NCBI GenBank assembly: GCA_001775995.1
Contig: MEZH01000007.1
Span: 123,761-187,760, forward strand
Source: Candidatus Bathyarchaeota archaeon RBG_16_48_13
Lineage (GTDB): Archaea > Thermoproteota > Bathyarchaeia > RBG-16-48-13
Reading direction: 5' to 3'
Length of the DNA stretch: 64,000 nucleotides
Part shown: one piece after another, positions 28,041-37,762 of the stretch
Numbering within the stretch: position 1 is the first letter of the stretch
Layout of the letters: each line of letters starts with the position of its first letter
Notes under the pieces: model-generated
What the model was told of the DNA's origin: nothing
Databases searched by the model: none
What the model saw: the letters and a program-made list of their open reading frames with translations, nothing else
Position numbers and translations under genes: made by a program

Positions 28041-28694
28041 TCATCGGGCACTTCTTACGGCTTCGACGAATTTCCGTGCATTTTCGGCTATCAGGTCGAA
28101 TTTACCCTCGGCTACGGCTTTTGAGTCCACGAGGCTGGTGCCTACCGCTACAGCATCAGCGCCGGCTCTAATGAATTCAGGAGTATTCTCCAGTGTAACT
28201 CCGCCTGTTGGTACCAGACCGACTTGGGGTAGCGGTGCTTTCACAGCTTTGATGTATTTCGGGCCACCTATGGAATCTACTGGGAAGACCTTTACCAGAT
28301 CTGCTCCTGATTCCCATGCAGTAAGGATTTCAGTGGGCGTCATAGTCCCGGGGATCACCGGAATGCTGTATCGCCTACAGATTCTTATCACATCCGGGTT
28401 CAGGCATGGCGTCACCACGAATTTAGCCCCGGCAAGCATGGAAGCTCGGGCAGTCTCAGCGTCTAGAACCGTGCCAGCACCTAGCAGGACCTCGCTAAAT
28501 TCTCGGGTGACCTTTTCAATCACACTGATGGCATTTGGGACGGTCATGGTGACCTCCAGAATCTTGACACCGCCCTTATTGATGGCCTCGGCAACTTTCA
28601 AAGCGTCATCTGCGGACTTTGTTCTAATGATTGGCACAATGCCTATTTCAAGGATTCTTTGAAGAACCCCTAAATTCTCTCTCATATATCTCAT
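28041..28694 (-). CDS. eda: 2-dehydro-3-deoxy-phosphogluconate (KDPG/KHG) aldolase
   Basis: 'GGVKILEVT', 'LLGAGTVL' and 'KFVVTP' Eda-family motifs. Length 217 aa. Confidence 0.8.
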   Translation of the reverse strand: MRYMRENLGVLQRILEIGIVPIIRTKSADDALKVAEAINKGGVKILEVTMTVPNAISVIEKVTREFSEVLLGAGTVLDAETARASMLAGAKFVVTPCLNPDVIRICRRYSIPVIPGTMTPTEILTAWESGADLVKVFPVDSIGGPKYIKAVKAPLPQVGLVPTGGVTLENTPEFIRAGADAVAVGTSLVDSKAVAEGKFDLIAENARKFVEAVRSAR

Positions 28695-28700
28695 ACCGCC

Positions 28701-29681
28701 CTAACGTTGAATTTTGAAGTCAGTAGCTCTTATTTGCTTCGTGACTTCCTCTTCTGTGAACCAACTAAAGTCGCCAGGTACGCTGTGACATAAGGCTGCC
28801 AAGGCGTCACCATAGTCTATTGCTTTCCTTATGTCGCCCGTCAGATATCCGTAAATAAAACCTGCAGTGTATGCGTCTCCGGTGCCGACCCGATCAATGA
28901 TTTCTAATGGATAGGTTTTTCCTCTGAGAAACGTTTTCCCATCGAGAACCATGCTACTCCATGTCCCAGTAAGAACTGTGGGGACCTCCCGAAGAGTCAA
29001 TGCCACCGTAGAAAAGCCAAAGCTGTCCCTCAGTTTTTGCGCTACCTCTTCATAGGCGCCCTTCATTCCATATACATCTTCCGTATCAAACTGTGTAGTT
29101 ATCAATATGTCAACTTTGTCGAAAATCTTTGCAAAGCATTCTCTAGCTTTCTCTGGCGACCAGAGTTTCTTACGGTAATTTAGATCGAAGCTAATCTTGC
29201 AACCCATTTCCTTTGCCATCTTGACGGCCTCTACAGTAGCTTCCGCACAACTTTCACTCAAGGCTGGAGTTATGCCGCTTGTATGGAAAAGCCTTGTTCC
29301 GTCCAATATTTTGTCCCATTTTACATTTCCGGGCTTTAATCGGCTAATCGCGGAATCCTTGCGGTCGTAAATGACTTGACTCGCTCGTGGAGTTGCCCCG
29401 AATTCTAGAAAGTATACGCCAACTCTTCCCTCATCAACCCAGAATATGTTCGAAACATCTACCCCATGTTCCCGTCCTTTGTTTGCGACCATTCTTCCCA
29501 AGGGGCTTCTGGGTAGACTCGAAACCCAAGCCGTCTTCAGTCCCAACCTGCTGACACCTACGGCTGAGTTCAATTCACTTCCGCCTATAGTGACATCAAA
29601 ACTGTTGGTCTGTTCCAAGCGCAAGAAATCAGGTGGAGCCAACCTTAGCATGGCTTCTCCGAAGGTCACCACATCATACAT
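28701..29681 (-). CDS. kdgK: 2-dehydro-3-deoxygluconokinase (PfkB family)
   Basis: 'MYDVVTFGEAMLRL' KDG-kinase-type N-terminus, 'GGSELNSAV' and 'GTGDAYTAG'. It lies directly upstream of eda. Confidence 0.75.
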   Translation of the reverse strand: MYDVVTFGEAMLRLAPPDFLRLEQTNSFDVTIGGSELNSAVGVSRLGLKTAWVSSLPRSPLGRMVANKGREHGVDVSNIFWVDEGRVGVYFLEFGATPRASQVIYDRKDSAISRLKPGNVKWDKILDGTRLFHTSGITPALSESCAEATVEAVKMAKEMGCKISFDLNYRKKLWSPEKARECFAKIFDKVDILITTQFDTEDVYGMKGAYEEVAQKLRDSFGFSTVALTLREVPTVLTGTWSSMVLDGKTFLRGKTYPLEIIDRVGTGDAYTAGFIYGYLTGDIRKAIDYGDALAALCHSVPGDFSWFTEEEVTKQIRATDFKIQR

Positions 29682-29838
29682 CGTATTGCCTCCGAAAAGA
29701 CAAGTTCTATAGCTGACGCAAAACTATTAAAAGTTTCCAGCATTCTATGATGGAGGTTCATCCTCGGAAATTTGACAATCTTGGTGAGAAGATTTATCTG
29801 CGAAATTACCAAGTCACTAGTTAGAAGGAGAAGAGATT

Positions 29839-30225
29839 GTGTTTAAAGGGATAGAGCATTTTGCGATAGCAGCAAAGAACACTGATCTGCTGGCGCAATG
29901 GTATTGTGAAAATCTTGGGTTCAGAATTGCCCACAAGAACGAGAAAAAACCTCCAACATACTTCATAAGAGGCGAAGAGGGGAGCATGCTCGAGATCATT
30001 CCTGCCAACGAAAAACTCAAACAACTACAAGATCTGGCAGACGCTGGACCAAGGCACGTTGCGATCTCTGTGAATGACTTCGATAAGGCGTATAACCACC
30101 TGAGATCGAGGGGGACGAATTTCCTTGGCGAACCCAGAGATGCTAGTGGCGGTGTTAGAGTAGTCTTCTTCATGGACGCTGAGCAGAACATAATTCATCT
30201 GATCTCTAGACCTAACCCAATATGA
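29839..30225 (+). CDS. VOC-family (glyoxalase I / methylmalonyl-CoA epimerase-like) protein
   Basis: 'IEHFAIAAKN' and 'HVAISVNDFDKAY' paired beta-alpha-beta-beta-beta motifs. GTG start. Confidence 0.65.
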   Translation: MFKGIEHFAIAAKNTDLLAQWYCENLGFRIAHKNEKKPPTYFIRGEEGSMLEIIPANEKLKQLQDLADAGPRHVAISVNDFDKAYNHLRSRGTNFLGEPRDASGGVRVVFFMDAEQNIIHLISRPNPI

Positions 30226-30371
30226 GCAGAAGGATCTACAATATCATAGAAAGGGAGTTGCGTTTCCAATTCAGTTCTCATGTTCGCTGTCATTCGTGAA
30301 GAGACGTTACAAAAAATGTTAATAGGAACCATCTATTCGCTAATAAGGTACATCCAAACCGAGGGAAGCAA

Positions 30372-30749
30372 GTGCCTAAGTTCAAAATTATAGTTTCAGA
30401 TCCTAAAACAGGGAAATCGCAAGTCATTGAATTAGAAGGATCAAACGCTCAGCCTCTAGTAGGAAAGAAGATTAGAGAGGAGATTGACGGGTCAATAGTG
30501 GCCATACCCAATGCCAGACTGCTGATTACAGGCGGAAGTGACAAAGACGGCATACCAATGCGACCAGACATCCAAGGAGGCGTAAAAATCAGGACGATAC
30601 TGAGCAGTGGCCAAGGTTATCACCCCAAGGAAAAGGGGCAAAGAAGAAGAAAACTGATTCGAGGAAATGTGATAACGGATGAAACTTACCAGATAAACTT
30701 GAAGATCTTAGACAAAGCACCATCTCCCAAGAAAGAAAAAGCAAAATGA
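30372..30749 (+). CDS. rps6e: 30S ribosomal protein S6e
   Basis: 'KFKIIVSDPKTGKSQVIELEG' S6e N-terminus. Length 125 aa. Confidence 0.85.
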   Translation: MPKFKIIVSDPKTGKSQVIELEGSNAQPLVGKKIREEIDGSIVAIPNARLLITGGSDKDGIPMRPDIQGGVKIRTILSSGQGYHPKEKGQRRRKLIRGNVITDETYQINLKILDKAPSPKKEKAK

Positions 30750-30762
30750 ATGGAGAATCCGT

Positions 30763-32004
30763 TTGAGGAATTTCAAGCTCCCTAGACAGCCCGAGATCAA
30801 CATCGGAACCGCGGGTCATGTGGACCACGGCAAGACCACGTTGATTCAATCCCTTACCGGAATTTGGGCGTCAAGCCACAGTGAGGAGCTTAGAAGGGGA
30901 ATTACGATAAAGGTGGGCTACGCTGACGCGGGTATATTCAAATGTAAAGGGTGTCCCCCACCTAGGTGCTACACAACTGATCCGAGATGCCCTGAGTGTG
31001 CCACGGAAGCTGAGTTTCTCAGAGCGGTGAGCTTCGTGGATTGCCCAGGTCATGAGATTCTAATGACCACGATGCTCTCAGGAGCGGCCGTTATGGATGG
31101 TGCAATTCTCGTAATATCTGCTAACGAGACTTGCCCTATGCCACAGACCCGGGAGCACCTTGCGGCTTTGGAAATCACGGGCATAAAGAGAATGATTATC
31201 GCCCAGAATAAAATTGACATAGTCGGCAGAGAAAGAGCCCTGAAGAGTTACCAAGAAATAACGAAGTTCGTCAAGGGAACAATCGCCGAAAATGCCCCAA
31301 TTATCCCGATTTCCTCCCAGAACAAAGTTAACATTGATTTATTAATTGAGAACATAGAGAGGGTTGTCCCTACTCCAAAGCGAGATCCCAACAAGCCACC
31401 TTACATGTATATAGTAAGGTCATTCGACGTGAATAAGCCAGGAACTCTTATAGAGAATATAAGCGGTGGTATAATCGGAGGTTCCATAGCGCAGGGTGCC
31501 TTTGAAGTGGGAGACAGCATAGAGTTGTCCCCAGGGAACAAAATTGAGAAGGCCGGCAAGACAATTTACGAGGCCCTCGAGACAAAGGTAACAAGTCTAT
31601 ATGCTGGTGGAGAGTCGGTCTCCAAAGCAACTTGTGGGGGACTCGTCGGAATAGGAACGACACTCGATCCGGCCCTGACAAAGGCGGATGGTTTAGTCGG
31701 GAACATTGCTGGAACTCCAGGTAGTCTGCCACCAGTCTTTGAACAAATAGCTCTAGAAACGCATCTATTTGAGGAAGCAATAGGTACATCTGGACTTACC
31801 AAAGTAGACAAGATAAGGGTCGGTGAAACTTTGGTATTGAATGTTGGAACTGCGGTGACTGTGGCAATTGTGAACGAATCAAGAGGAGATCATGTAAGAG
31901 TCACCTTGAAGAGACCAATATGCACCCAAACCGGTTCAAGAGTTGCTCTGAGCAGAAAAATCGCTGACAGATGGCGACTCATAGGGTACGGTTTGCTACA
32001 TTAG
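30763..32004 (+). CDS. eif2g: Translation initiation factor aIF2 gamma subunit
   Basis: 'NIGTAGHVDHGKTTL', zinc ribbon 'CKGCPPPRCYTTDPRCPEC', 'DCPGH' and 'NKID'. Confidence 0.9.
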   Translation: MRNFKLPRQPEINIGTAGHVDHGKTTLIQSLTGIWASSHSEELRRGITIKVGYADAGIFKCKGCPPPRCYTTDPRCPECATEAEFLRAVSFVDCPGHEILMTTMLSGAAVMDGAILVISANETCPMPQTREHLAALEITGIKRMIIAQNKIDIVGRERALKSYQEITKFVKGTIAENAPIIPISSQNKVNIDLLIENIERVVPTPKRDPNKPPYMYIVRSFDVNKPGTLIENISGGIIGGSIAQGAFEVGDSIELSPGNKIEKAGKTIYEALETKVTSLYAGGESVSKATCGGLVGIGTTLDPALTKADGLVGNIAGTPGSLPPVFEQIALETHLFEEAIGTSGLTKVDKIRVGETLVLNVGTAVTVAIVNESRGDHVRVTLKRPICTQTGSRVALSRKIADRWRLIGYGLLH

Positions 32005-32017
32005 AAAAGGTCTTGTT

Positions 32018-32416
32018 GTGATAAAGCTAATTTTTGACACCAACTTTCTATTTCTTCCAGCGAGATTTCATATTGACGTTCTTGCCGAATGCGCGGCTCT
32101 CCTAGGCGAGAGAGTGGATCCCTTATTGATCTCACAAGTTCGTTTGGAATTGGATAGGATGGCCTCAGGCAGATCTGTAAAAAGAGGCATGGAGGCATCG
32201 TTAGCCTCAGAATACGCGAAACGCCTTAGGTTCGTTACTGTTGAATCAGGCCCCAAAGAGGGAACCGACGATGTGATATCAAGACTGGCCGCGGAGTGGC
32301 GATGCGTTGTTGCTACTAATGACAGTGAATTGAAAAAAAGGCTAAGGGATATAAGTGTCCCGGTTATTTATCTGAGAGAAAGGTCTAGATTGGAGCTTAT
32401 TGGAGGAAGGAAATAG
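32018..32416 (+). CDS. PIN-domain protein conserved downstream of aIF2-gamma (Fcf1/Utp24-like)
   Basis: 'LIFDTNFLF' and 'VATND' acidic PIN residues, in the conserved archaeal eif2g-PIN-rpoE neighbourhood. Confidence 0.65.
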   Translation: MIKLIFDTNFLFLPARFHIDVLAECAALLGERVDPLLISQVRLELDRMASGRSVKRGMEASLASEYAKRLRFVTVESGPKEGTDDVISRLAAEWRCVVATNDSELKKRLRDISVPVIYLRERSRLELIGGRK

Positions 32417-32445
32417 CTCCGATAGAAGAACTTGGAGTTGATGAT

Positions 32446-33051
32446 TTGTTTAAATTGATTAGCTTGGAGGATACGGTTAGGATACCACCTGACAGATTTG
32501 GTCAACAAATAGATCAAGTGGCCTTCGATCAGCTCAAATCGAAGTACGAAGGCGTCTCAAATGAAGAAATAGGGCATTTCATAACAGTGACTGATATTCA
32601 GATAAATCCTGTGGGCAAGATAATACCGGGTGACGGAGCAACTTACCACAAAGCTCTCTTCACTTTGCTAACATTTTATCCACAGATACAGGAGATTATT
32701 GAAGGAGAAGTAGTTGAGATAGAGGATTTTGGAGCTTTCATCAGAATAGGTCCCGTAGATGCGCTTCTTCACGTATCACAGATAATAAATGATTTTGTTC
32801 ACTATGACGAAAAACAGGCCGTGCTCATCGGAAAAGAGACTCAAAGAGCCTTGAAGCAAGGCGACAAAGTGCGAGTTAGAGTTACAGCAGCATCATTCAG
32901 CAAAGGAGGGGCAAGCGGAAAGATTGGCGTAACCATGAGACAGCCCTTCCTTGGAAAACTTGAGTGGATTGATGAAGACGTCAAGAATTTGAAGAAAGCC
33001 AAGGCTTCTCGCGAGAAGGAAAGGATCAAGAGGGAGAGAGATGAGAGTTGA
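32446..33051 (+). CDS. rpoE: DNA-directed RNA polymerase subunit E' (Rpo7)
   Basis: N-terminal Rpb7-like fold 'MFKLISLEDTVRIPP' plus an S1 domain. Confidence 0.85.
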   Translation: MFKLISLEDTVRIPPDRFGQQIDQVAFDQLKSKYEGVSNEEIGHFITVTDIQINPVGKIIPGDGATYHKALFTLLTFYPQIQEIIEGEVVEIEDFGAFIRIGPVDALLHVSQIINDFVHYDEKQAVLIGKETQRALKQGDKVRVRVTAASFSKGGASGKIGVTMRQPFLGKLEWIDEDVKNLKKAKASREKERIKRERDES

Positions 33052-33233
33052 CTGACAAAGCGTGCAGAGCTTGTCATACTATCTCCGCAGGGCCCGTATG
33101 CCCCAATTGCAAAGCCACAAATCTCAGTAGTGATTGGACTGGAATGGTCTACATCATAGATGCTGAAGGATCTGTCATCGCAGAGAAGATGGGAGTAATT
33201 AAGAAGGGAAAGTACGCGTTGCGGGTCAGGTAA
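33048..33233 (+). CDS. spt4: Transcription elongation factor Spt4 / RNAP subunit E''
   Basis: Zinc ribbon 'CRAC...CPNC'. Length 61 aa. It overlaps the rpoE stop. Confidence 0.75.
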   Translation: MTDKACRACHTISAGPVCPNCKATNLSSDWTGMVYIIDAEGSVIAEKMGVIKKGKYALRVR

Positions 33234-33775
33234 TGGAAGACCGGGTTCTCACAGATACTCTAAGGAGAAGACTGCAAAAACCCCTCGGCACATTAATCAA
33301 GGAATCTCCAGCTCACAGCATGCGATACCTCGGACGCCTTTTTCAAGAAAAGAAACCTAAGAGAATAGTTGCTGTGGGAGATTTTGTATCGGAGAAAATA
33401 TACGGGGCGGGCTTAAGGGTGAATCTGTATATAGTGGACAACAAAATCAGACGCAGAGCAATAGAACCACTCAGAATAGCAGCCGATGTAGTCCTTGAAA
33501 CCAATAATCCTCCAGGTACAATCTCCCGACAATCTCATGAAGTAGTGAAGAAAGCATTGAAAATCGACGGCACGTCAAAGATCGTTGTGACCGGTGAAGA
33601 GGATCTTCTGACCCTTTTGGCGATACTTTATTCACCGAATGGTTCTTTGATAATCTATGGACAACCAAAAGTGGGCTTAGTAGTAGTTGAGGCTGATCAA
33701 AATCGAAAAACTGAAGCGAAGAAAATAATTGAGAGCATGATAAAGGCACAACCGAAGGCGGAAGAGGTTAGTTAG
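33233..33775 (+). CDS. DUF359-family GTP-dependent dephospho-CoA kinase (archaeal DPCK)
   Basis: About 180 aa, positioned after spt4 as in the conserved archaeal neighbourhood. 'VAVGDFVS' nucleotide-binding segment. Confidence 0.55.
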   Translation: MEDRVLTDTLRRRLQKPLGTLIKESPAHSMRYLGRLFQEKKPKRIVAVGDFVSEKIYGAGLRVNLYIVDNKIRRRAIEPLRIAADVVLETNNPPGTISRQSHEVVKKALKIDGTSKIVVTGEEDLLTLLAILYSPNGSLIIYGQPKVGLVVVEADQNRKTEAKKIIESMIKAQPKAEEVS

Positions 33776-34104
33776 TCTTTTCTATCGCTCTTTACATAGT
33801 CTGTAAAGCCGCATGATCCACAGGACCATCTTGGAACAGGCACTTTGTGAAGTGCCATAATGTTCCCGCATCTAGAGCACTTCTTATTCTTTAGAGTTGC
33901 CTTGTTCTTGGAATAGTCGACTTCGTACAGGCTGCCTATCTTTTTCTCCTTCTTCTTCTTTTTTTCAACTTTTCCTACGGGTTTCTTCTGCACCTTCTCA
34001 GGTGCCTTCGCTCCCTCGACTTTCTCTGTTTTTTCGATTTTTGCAGCAGCCTCAGGCTTCTTGGAAGGCTTTTCAGGGGGTTTTTCAGTCTTTTCCGCCG
34101 GCAT
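33772..34104 (-). CDS. rps27ae: 30S ribosomal protein S27ae with Lys/Glu/Pro-rich N-terminal extension
   Basis: C-terminal C4 zinc finger '[11 protein letters not shown]...WSCGSCGF' typical of S27a. A ~55-aa charged N-terminal tail is present. Confidence 0.75.
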   Translation of the reverse strand: MPAEKTEKPPEKPSKKPEAAAKIEKTEKVEGAKAPEKVQKKPVGKVEKKKKKEKKIGSLYEVDYSKNKATLKNKKCSRCGNIMALHKVPVPRWSCGSCGFTDYVKSDRKD

Positions 34105-34132
34105 TTATATCAGTTCCTTATCTCGACGTTAA

Positions 34133-34507
34133 CTAGATTTTCGGTTTTTCTACCTTATCTTTGGGTTTCACTTTGTCCTTTGAGGCTTCCTTCCCTTTTG
34201 TCGAAGTCTCCTTTTTCTTCTTTTTCTCGGAGGGATTGCCTCGCGCCTTAATATGATTTGGAACTATTAGCATTACCCTCTTCTGGTCTTTATAGATCTG
34301 TACGTCACATTGCGTTGAATTTTGCCCAGTTAGGGATCCAATCTTTGTCACGAGAATGAACTCGGTCCCAACGCCCAACTGAGCCGCAAGCTTGGCCTGC
34401 AAGTCTGCTCTCTTTGGAGTCCCTTCGCCTTCATGGGTTACCAGGACTTTCAGATCTCTCCTATCGAGGAGTCTGTTTGGTGTGTCTTCGACTATTTTGA
34501 TATCCAA
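34133..34507 (-). CDS. rps24e: 30S ribosomal protein S24e with lysine-rich C-terminal tail
   Basis: 'IVEDTPNRLLDRRDLKVLVTHEGEGTP' S24e core. Confidence 0.8.
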   Translation of the reverse strand: MDIKIVEDTPNRLLDRRDLKVLVTHEGEGTPKRADLQAKLAAQLGVGTEFILVTKIGSLTGQNSTQCDVQIYKDQKRVMLIVPNHIKARGNPSEKKKKKETSTKGKEASKDKVKPKDKVEKPKI

Positions 34508-34574
34508 AGAAGGTCACTTCTTGATTGAAGATGATACACAGCTTGCTTTCAATAATTTAATCTTTTCCCGATGA

Positions 34575-35030
34575 TTATGATAAAAGATATTTCTTTTCAG
34601 TAGGCTTTTCATAACTGATCAGCTCTTGAGACAAGAAGAAAATCCGAGTCTCCCTATTTGCACTCTCTTGACTGTCTGAAGCATGGATTACGTTGTCTTT
34701 CGCTATTTGAGCGTAGTCAGCTCTTATGGTTCCTGGCTCAGCTTTTCCAGGGTCGGTGGCGCCGATCATCTTACGTATCTGGTTCACGACATCCACGCCT
34801 TCCACAACCATGAGAACCACTGGACCAGATGTAACGTGATCTACAATGGAGTCGAAGAATGCTTTGCCCTTGTGCATCATATACAATTCTTCAGCTTCTT
34901 TCTTTTCCATCTTGTGCAATTTGGCTGCACTTATTAAGAATCCTTTCTTCTCTATCCTGGAGACAATCTCGCCAATTAATCCTCTCATTACTGTTTCTGG
35001 TTTCAAAAATATGAAAGTCCGTTCCAACAA
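34575..35030 (-). CDS. ndk: Nucleoside diphosphate kinase
   Basis: 'ERTFIFLKPETVMRGLIGEI' and the active-site 'NVIHASDS' region. Confidence 0.85.
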   Translation of the reverse strand: MLERTFIFLKPETVMRGLIGEIVSRIEKKGFLISAAKLHKMEKKEAEELYMMHKGKAFFDSIVDHVTSGPVVLMVVEGVDVVNQIRKMIGATDPGKAEPGTIRADYAQIAKDNVIHASDSQESANRETRIFFLSQELISYEKPTEKKYLLS

Positions 35031-35036
35031 GGGAAT

Positions 35037-35228
35037 CTAGACCTTCTCTTCCTTTCTGTAGTATGAGGTCCACTTCAGTTTCCTTGGATCTCTCTTAAGT
35101 TTCAGCAAACACTTGTTACATTTGCTGGAACAAAACCAGAAAATAGCACCGTCATTCTTGACGTACATTGATCCAGTGCCGCTAGGAAATTCATTTCCAC
35201 AAAAAGAGCAGCGATGAGCCTTAGGCAT
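35037..35228 (-). CDS. rpl24e: 50S ribosomal protein L24e
   Basis: 'RCSFCGNEF..G.G.MYV..DG.IFWFCSSKC' L24e zinc-ribbon signature. Confidence 0.8.
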   Translation of the reverse strand: MPKAHRCSFCGNEFPSGTGSMYVKNDGAIFWFCSSKCNKCLLKLKRDPRKLKWTSYYRKEEKV

Positions 35229-35248
35229 TTCGCGTGATCCCCCATTAT

Positions 35249-35470
35249 TTAGCGGATCTTCTTAGCTTCTCTCTCTGTTTCTCTGAGCATCAGTATGTCG
35301 TTTGTTCGAACGGGCCCCTTGACATTCCTTGTTATAATCCGTCCTTTGTCTCGACCTTCCATGATGCGCACCCTGACTTGACTGACTTCGCCGGTAACGC
35401 CTGTCCTACCTATGACTTGGATCACTTCCGCAGGAGTCGCAGCTGAGATCTCTTTCTCCGAGGAACTCAT
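35249..35470 (-). CDS. rps28e: 30S ribosomal protein S28e
   Basis: '[42 protein letters not shown]' is a near-invariant S28e core. Confidence 0.9.
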   Translation of the reverse strand: MSSSEKEISAATPAEVIQVIGRTGVTGEVSQVRVRIMEGRDKGRIITRNVKGPVRTNDILMLRETEREAKKIR

Positions 35471-35486
35471 AGATTACTCTCACCTG

Positions 35487-35858
35487 CTATTTCTTCAAAG
35501 CCTCTAGGCGAGTCGCAATCTCTTCTATCAAAGCTGCTGAGTTGCCAGGTTCTACAATGCACGCCGAAGCTGCAGGAACGTCTATACCTATTGAGGAACC
35601 AAGCTGATTCTTGTCTGGAACGTATATGTAGCCTATTTTCCTCTCCTCACATAATAGTGGGAGATGCGCCACGACTTCCGGTGGTTCAGCATTCTCGGCT
35701 ATCACGACGAGTTTCGCAATTCCTCGTTCCACGGCCTTGGTTGTTTCATTGGTTCCTTTCCTTATCTTTCCTGTGTCTCGAGCTATCTGAAGAGCTTCAT
35801 AGGCCGCTTCTGCCAATTCCTTTGGCACATTAATCTTTACGTAGAACGGTTTAGACAT
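35487..35858 (-). CDS. rpl7ae: 50S ribosomal protein L7Ae (K-turn binding)
   Basis: '[31 protein letters not shown]' L7Ae/L30e signature. Confidence 0.9.
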   Translation of the reverse strand: MSKPFYVKINVPKELAEAAYEALQIARDTGKIRKGTNETTKAVERGIAKLVVIAENAEPPEVVAHLPLLCEERKIGYIYVPDKNQLGSSIGIDVPAASACIVEPGNSAALIEEIATRLEALKK

Positions 35859-35988
35859 GGGCCTCTCCTCCCTTTTAATGCTGGAAGATGGAATGAACTA
35901 CTTCTACTTATGAATGTTTCGCCTTTCTTACTTCAAGAATGAGGTTGAACAGGAACTTCCGACCAAGCTAGGAATCGGGTTGGGATTC

Positions 35989-37623
35989 TCAGTTGTGGGA
36001 AAAGAAGGCATCAATTTCATGGTCTTTCTTGTCTATTCTGACGAAACCGAATCTAATGAATTGAATTACCGTTCCTACATCTAGCTTGGTGCACTGTAAT
36101 TCGGCCAAACCTTCTTTCGTGGTGCCGTCAGGCATTAATACACGAGCAGGAAATGTATCTTCTAATTGTAACCATTGAAGTAGCGGTGCGCTCAGACCCT
36201 TGGCATCTCGGTGATCAGTACTGTGGTAAACACATTGAACACCTCTTTCACCAGACTTCATTACTCTCAGATTACAGAGGTCGATTAGCCTAACGTATTT
36301 TGATTCTTCCAGAAGCTTCAGATCTTCCCTAGAAACCAGCAGAGTAACGCTCTTGTCAGGTTCCGGGGTTATGCTGAATCTCTTGAACCCGCGAGCTGAA
36401 AAGTCTGGATGTCTGGGAATTTCATTTTCGATTTTCCCGGGCATATTGATGATGGTCAGATTCACAGGGTCGCTTACGAAGATATACCTATCTGATAACG
36501 GATCGACTAGTTTCTTGTTTAAAGCATATAAATTGTCCAAAGGAACAGTTACCTCGGATAGACTCAAGCCGAATTCCAGAACGAATTCCCTCAATGCTTC
36601 AGGTCTTATACCTCTTCTCCTGAGTGATTGCATACTCCAAGTCTGTGGATCATCCCATCCAGAGTAGATTTTGTTCTCGATCATCCGTCTAGCCTTGGTC
36701 TTGCTAAGTTTGGCCCCAGATATCTGAAGAAGACCATGGTGAATTATCTCAGGCTTACTCCATCCGAAAAGGTTCCACAAGAAAATTTCCATCATGTCCT
36801 CGATGACTAGATCCTTACCTCTCAGGATATGGGTTATTCCCAAGAGATGATCATCTATGGCCCAAGAGAATTCTAACATTGGCCATACTATATACCGGTC
36901 ACCGACTCGTGGATGGACGCGTCGAGATACTCTCAGAAGTACTCTGTCCCTGAATGCAGGATTAGGATGTTTCATGTCTGTCTTTAACCTGACCACTGCT
37001 TCTCCTTCATCGTAAAATCCGCCGAGCATCTTGTCCCATCCGTCAAGATTAGTCTCCCTGCTCGAATTTCGACAAGAGCATTCATCCCCTAGTCCTCGAT
37101 TTCGGCGAAGCGTCTCAGCTTCACACAGGCAAACATATGCAAGATTTCTTTCGAGAAGTATTCTGGCCCATTCATAGAAGAAGGAGATGCGGTCAGATTT
37201 GTACACTATCTTGTCTACATTGACACCCAACCAGTCCAAGCCATCTTTTATCAGATCATAAGCTTCTGGAACAATATTCTTCTCAACAGAGCCTATAGTG
37301 TCATCATAAGCCAGTATGAGTTCTCCTCTGTAGCGCTTCACATATTCGTCGTTCAAGATCGCCATCCGCGCATTTCCTATGTGAAGCGGACCGGATGGAT
37401 ATGGAGCGAGCCTCATAACAATCTTGGAATACATATCAGCATTTGGCAACGCAGGGAGTGTCTTGACCTCCTTCTCTTTCTTCTTTTGTTCCAAGAGCTT
37501 GGGCGCGAGTCTTGATAATTCTTTCAATCGATCTTCTTGTGACATGTTATTTACGGTGACAACCGTTTCCTCAGCGATCTTCTTCATTTCTTCCGCCGGG
37601 ATGGCGCCTCCAGTTTCAGCCAT
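35989..37623 (-). CDS. gltX: Glutamyl-tRNA synthetase (archaeal type)
   Basis: Class I 'HIGN' ('PLHIGNARMAIL') and 'KLSKTK' (KMSKS variant) motifs. Length 544 aa. Confidence 0.85.
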   Translation of the reverse strand: MAETGGAIPAEEMKKIAEETVVTVNNMSQEDRLKELSRLAPKLLEQKKKEKEVKTLPALPNADMYSKIVMRLAPYPSGPLHIGNARMAILNDEYVKRYRGELILAYDDTIGSVEKNIVPEAYDLIKDGLDWLGVNVDKIVYKSDRISFFYEWARILLERNLAYVCLCEAETLRRNRGLGDECSCRNSSRETNLDGWDKMLGGFYDEGEAVVRLKTDMKHPNPAFRDRVLLRVSRRVHPRVGDRYIVWPMLEFSWAIDDHLLGITHILRGKDLVIEDMMEIFLWNLFGWSKPEIIHHGLLQISGAKLSKTKARRMIENKIYSGWDDPQTWSMQSLRRRGIRPEALREFVLEFGLSLSEVTVPLDNLYALNKKLVDPLSDRYIFVSDPVNLTIINMPGKIENEIPRHPDFSARGFKRFSITPEPDKSVTLLVSREDLKLLEESKYVRLIDLCNLRVMKSGERGVQCVYHSTDHRDAKGLSAPLLQWLQLEDTFPARVLMPDGTTKEGLAELQCTKLDVGTVIQFIRFGFVRIDKKDHEIDAFFSHN

Positions 37624-37762
37624 TAAACGTCCATGGACAGCTTCAGCTCTGGCTTTGCCCCCAAACTTTGCAGCGTTGGCTAAGGCGTATATGTAAGCAT
37701 TTTTTCGTATTGTATCTAGGTCACTGATGCTCGTTCGACGTCACCTTTTGAAGTGCCAGCAA

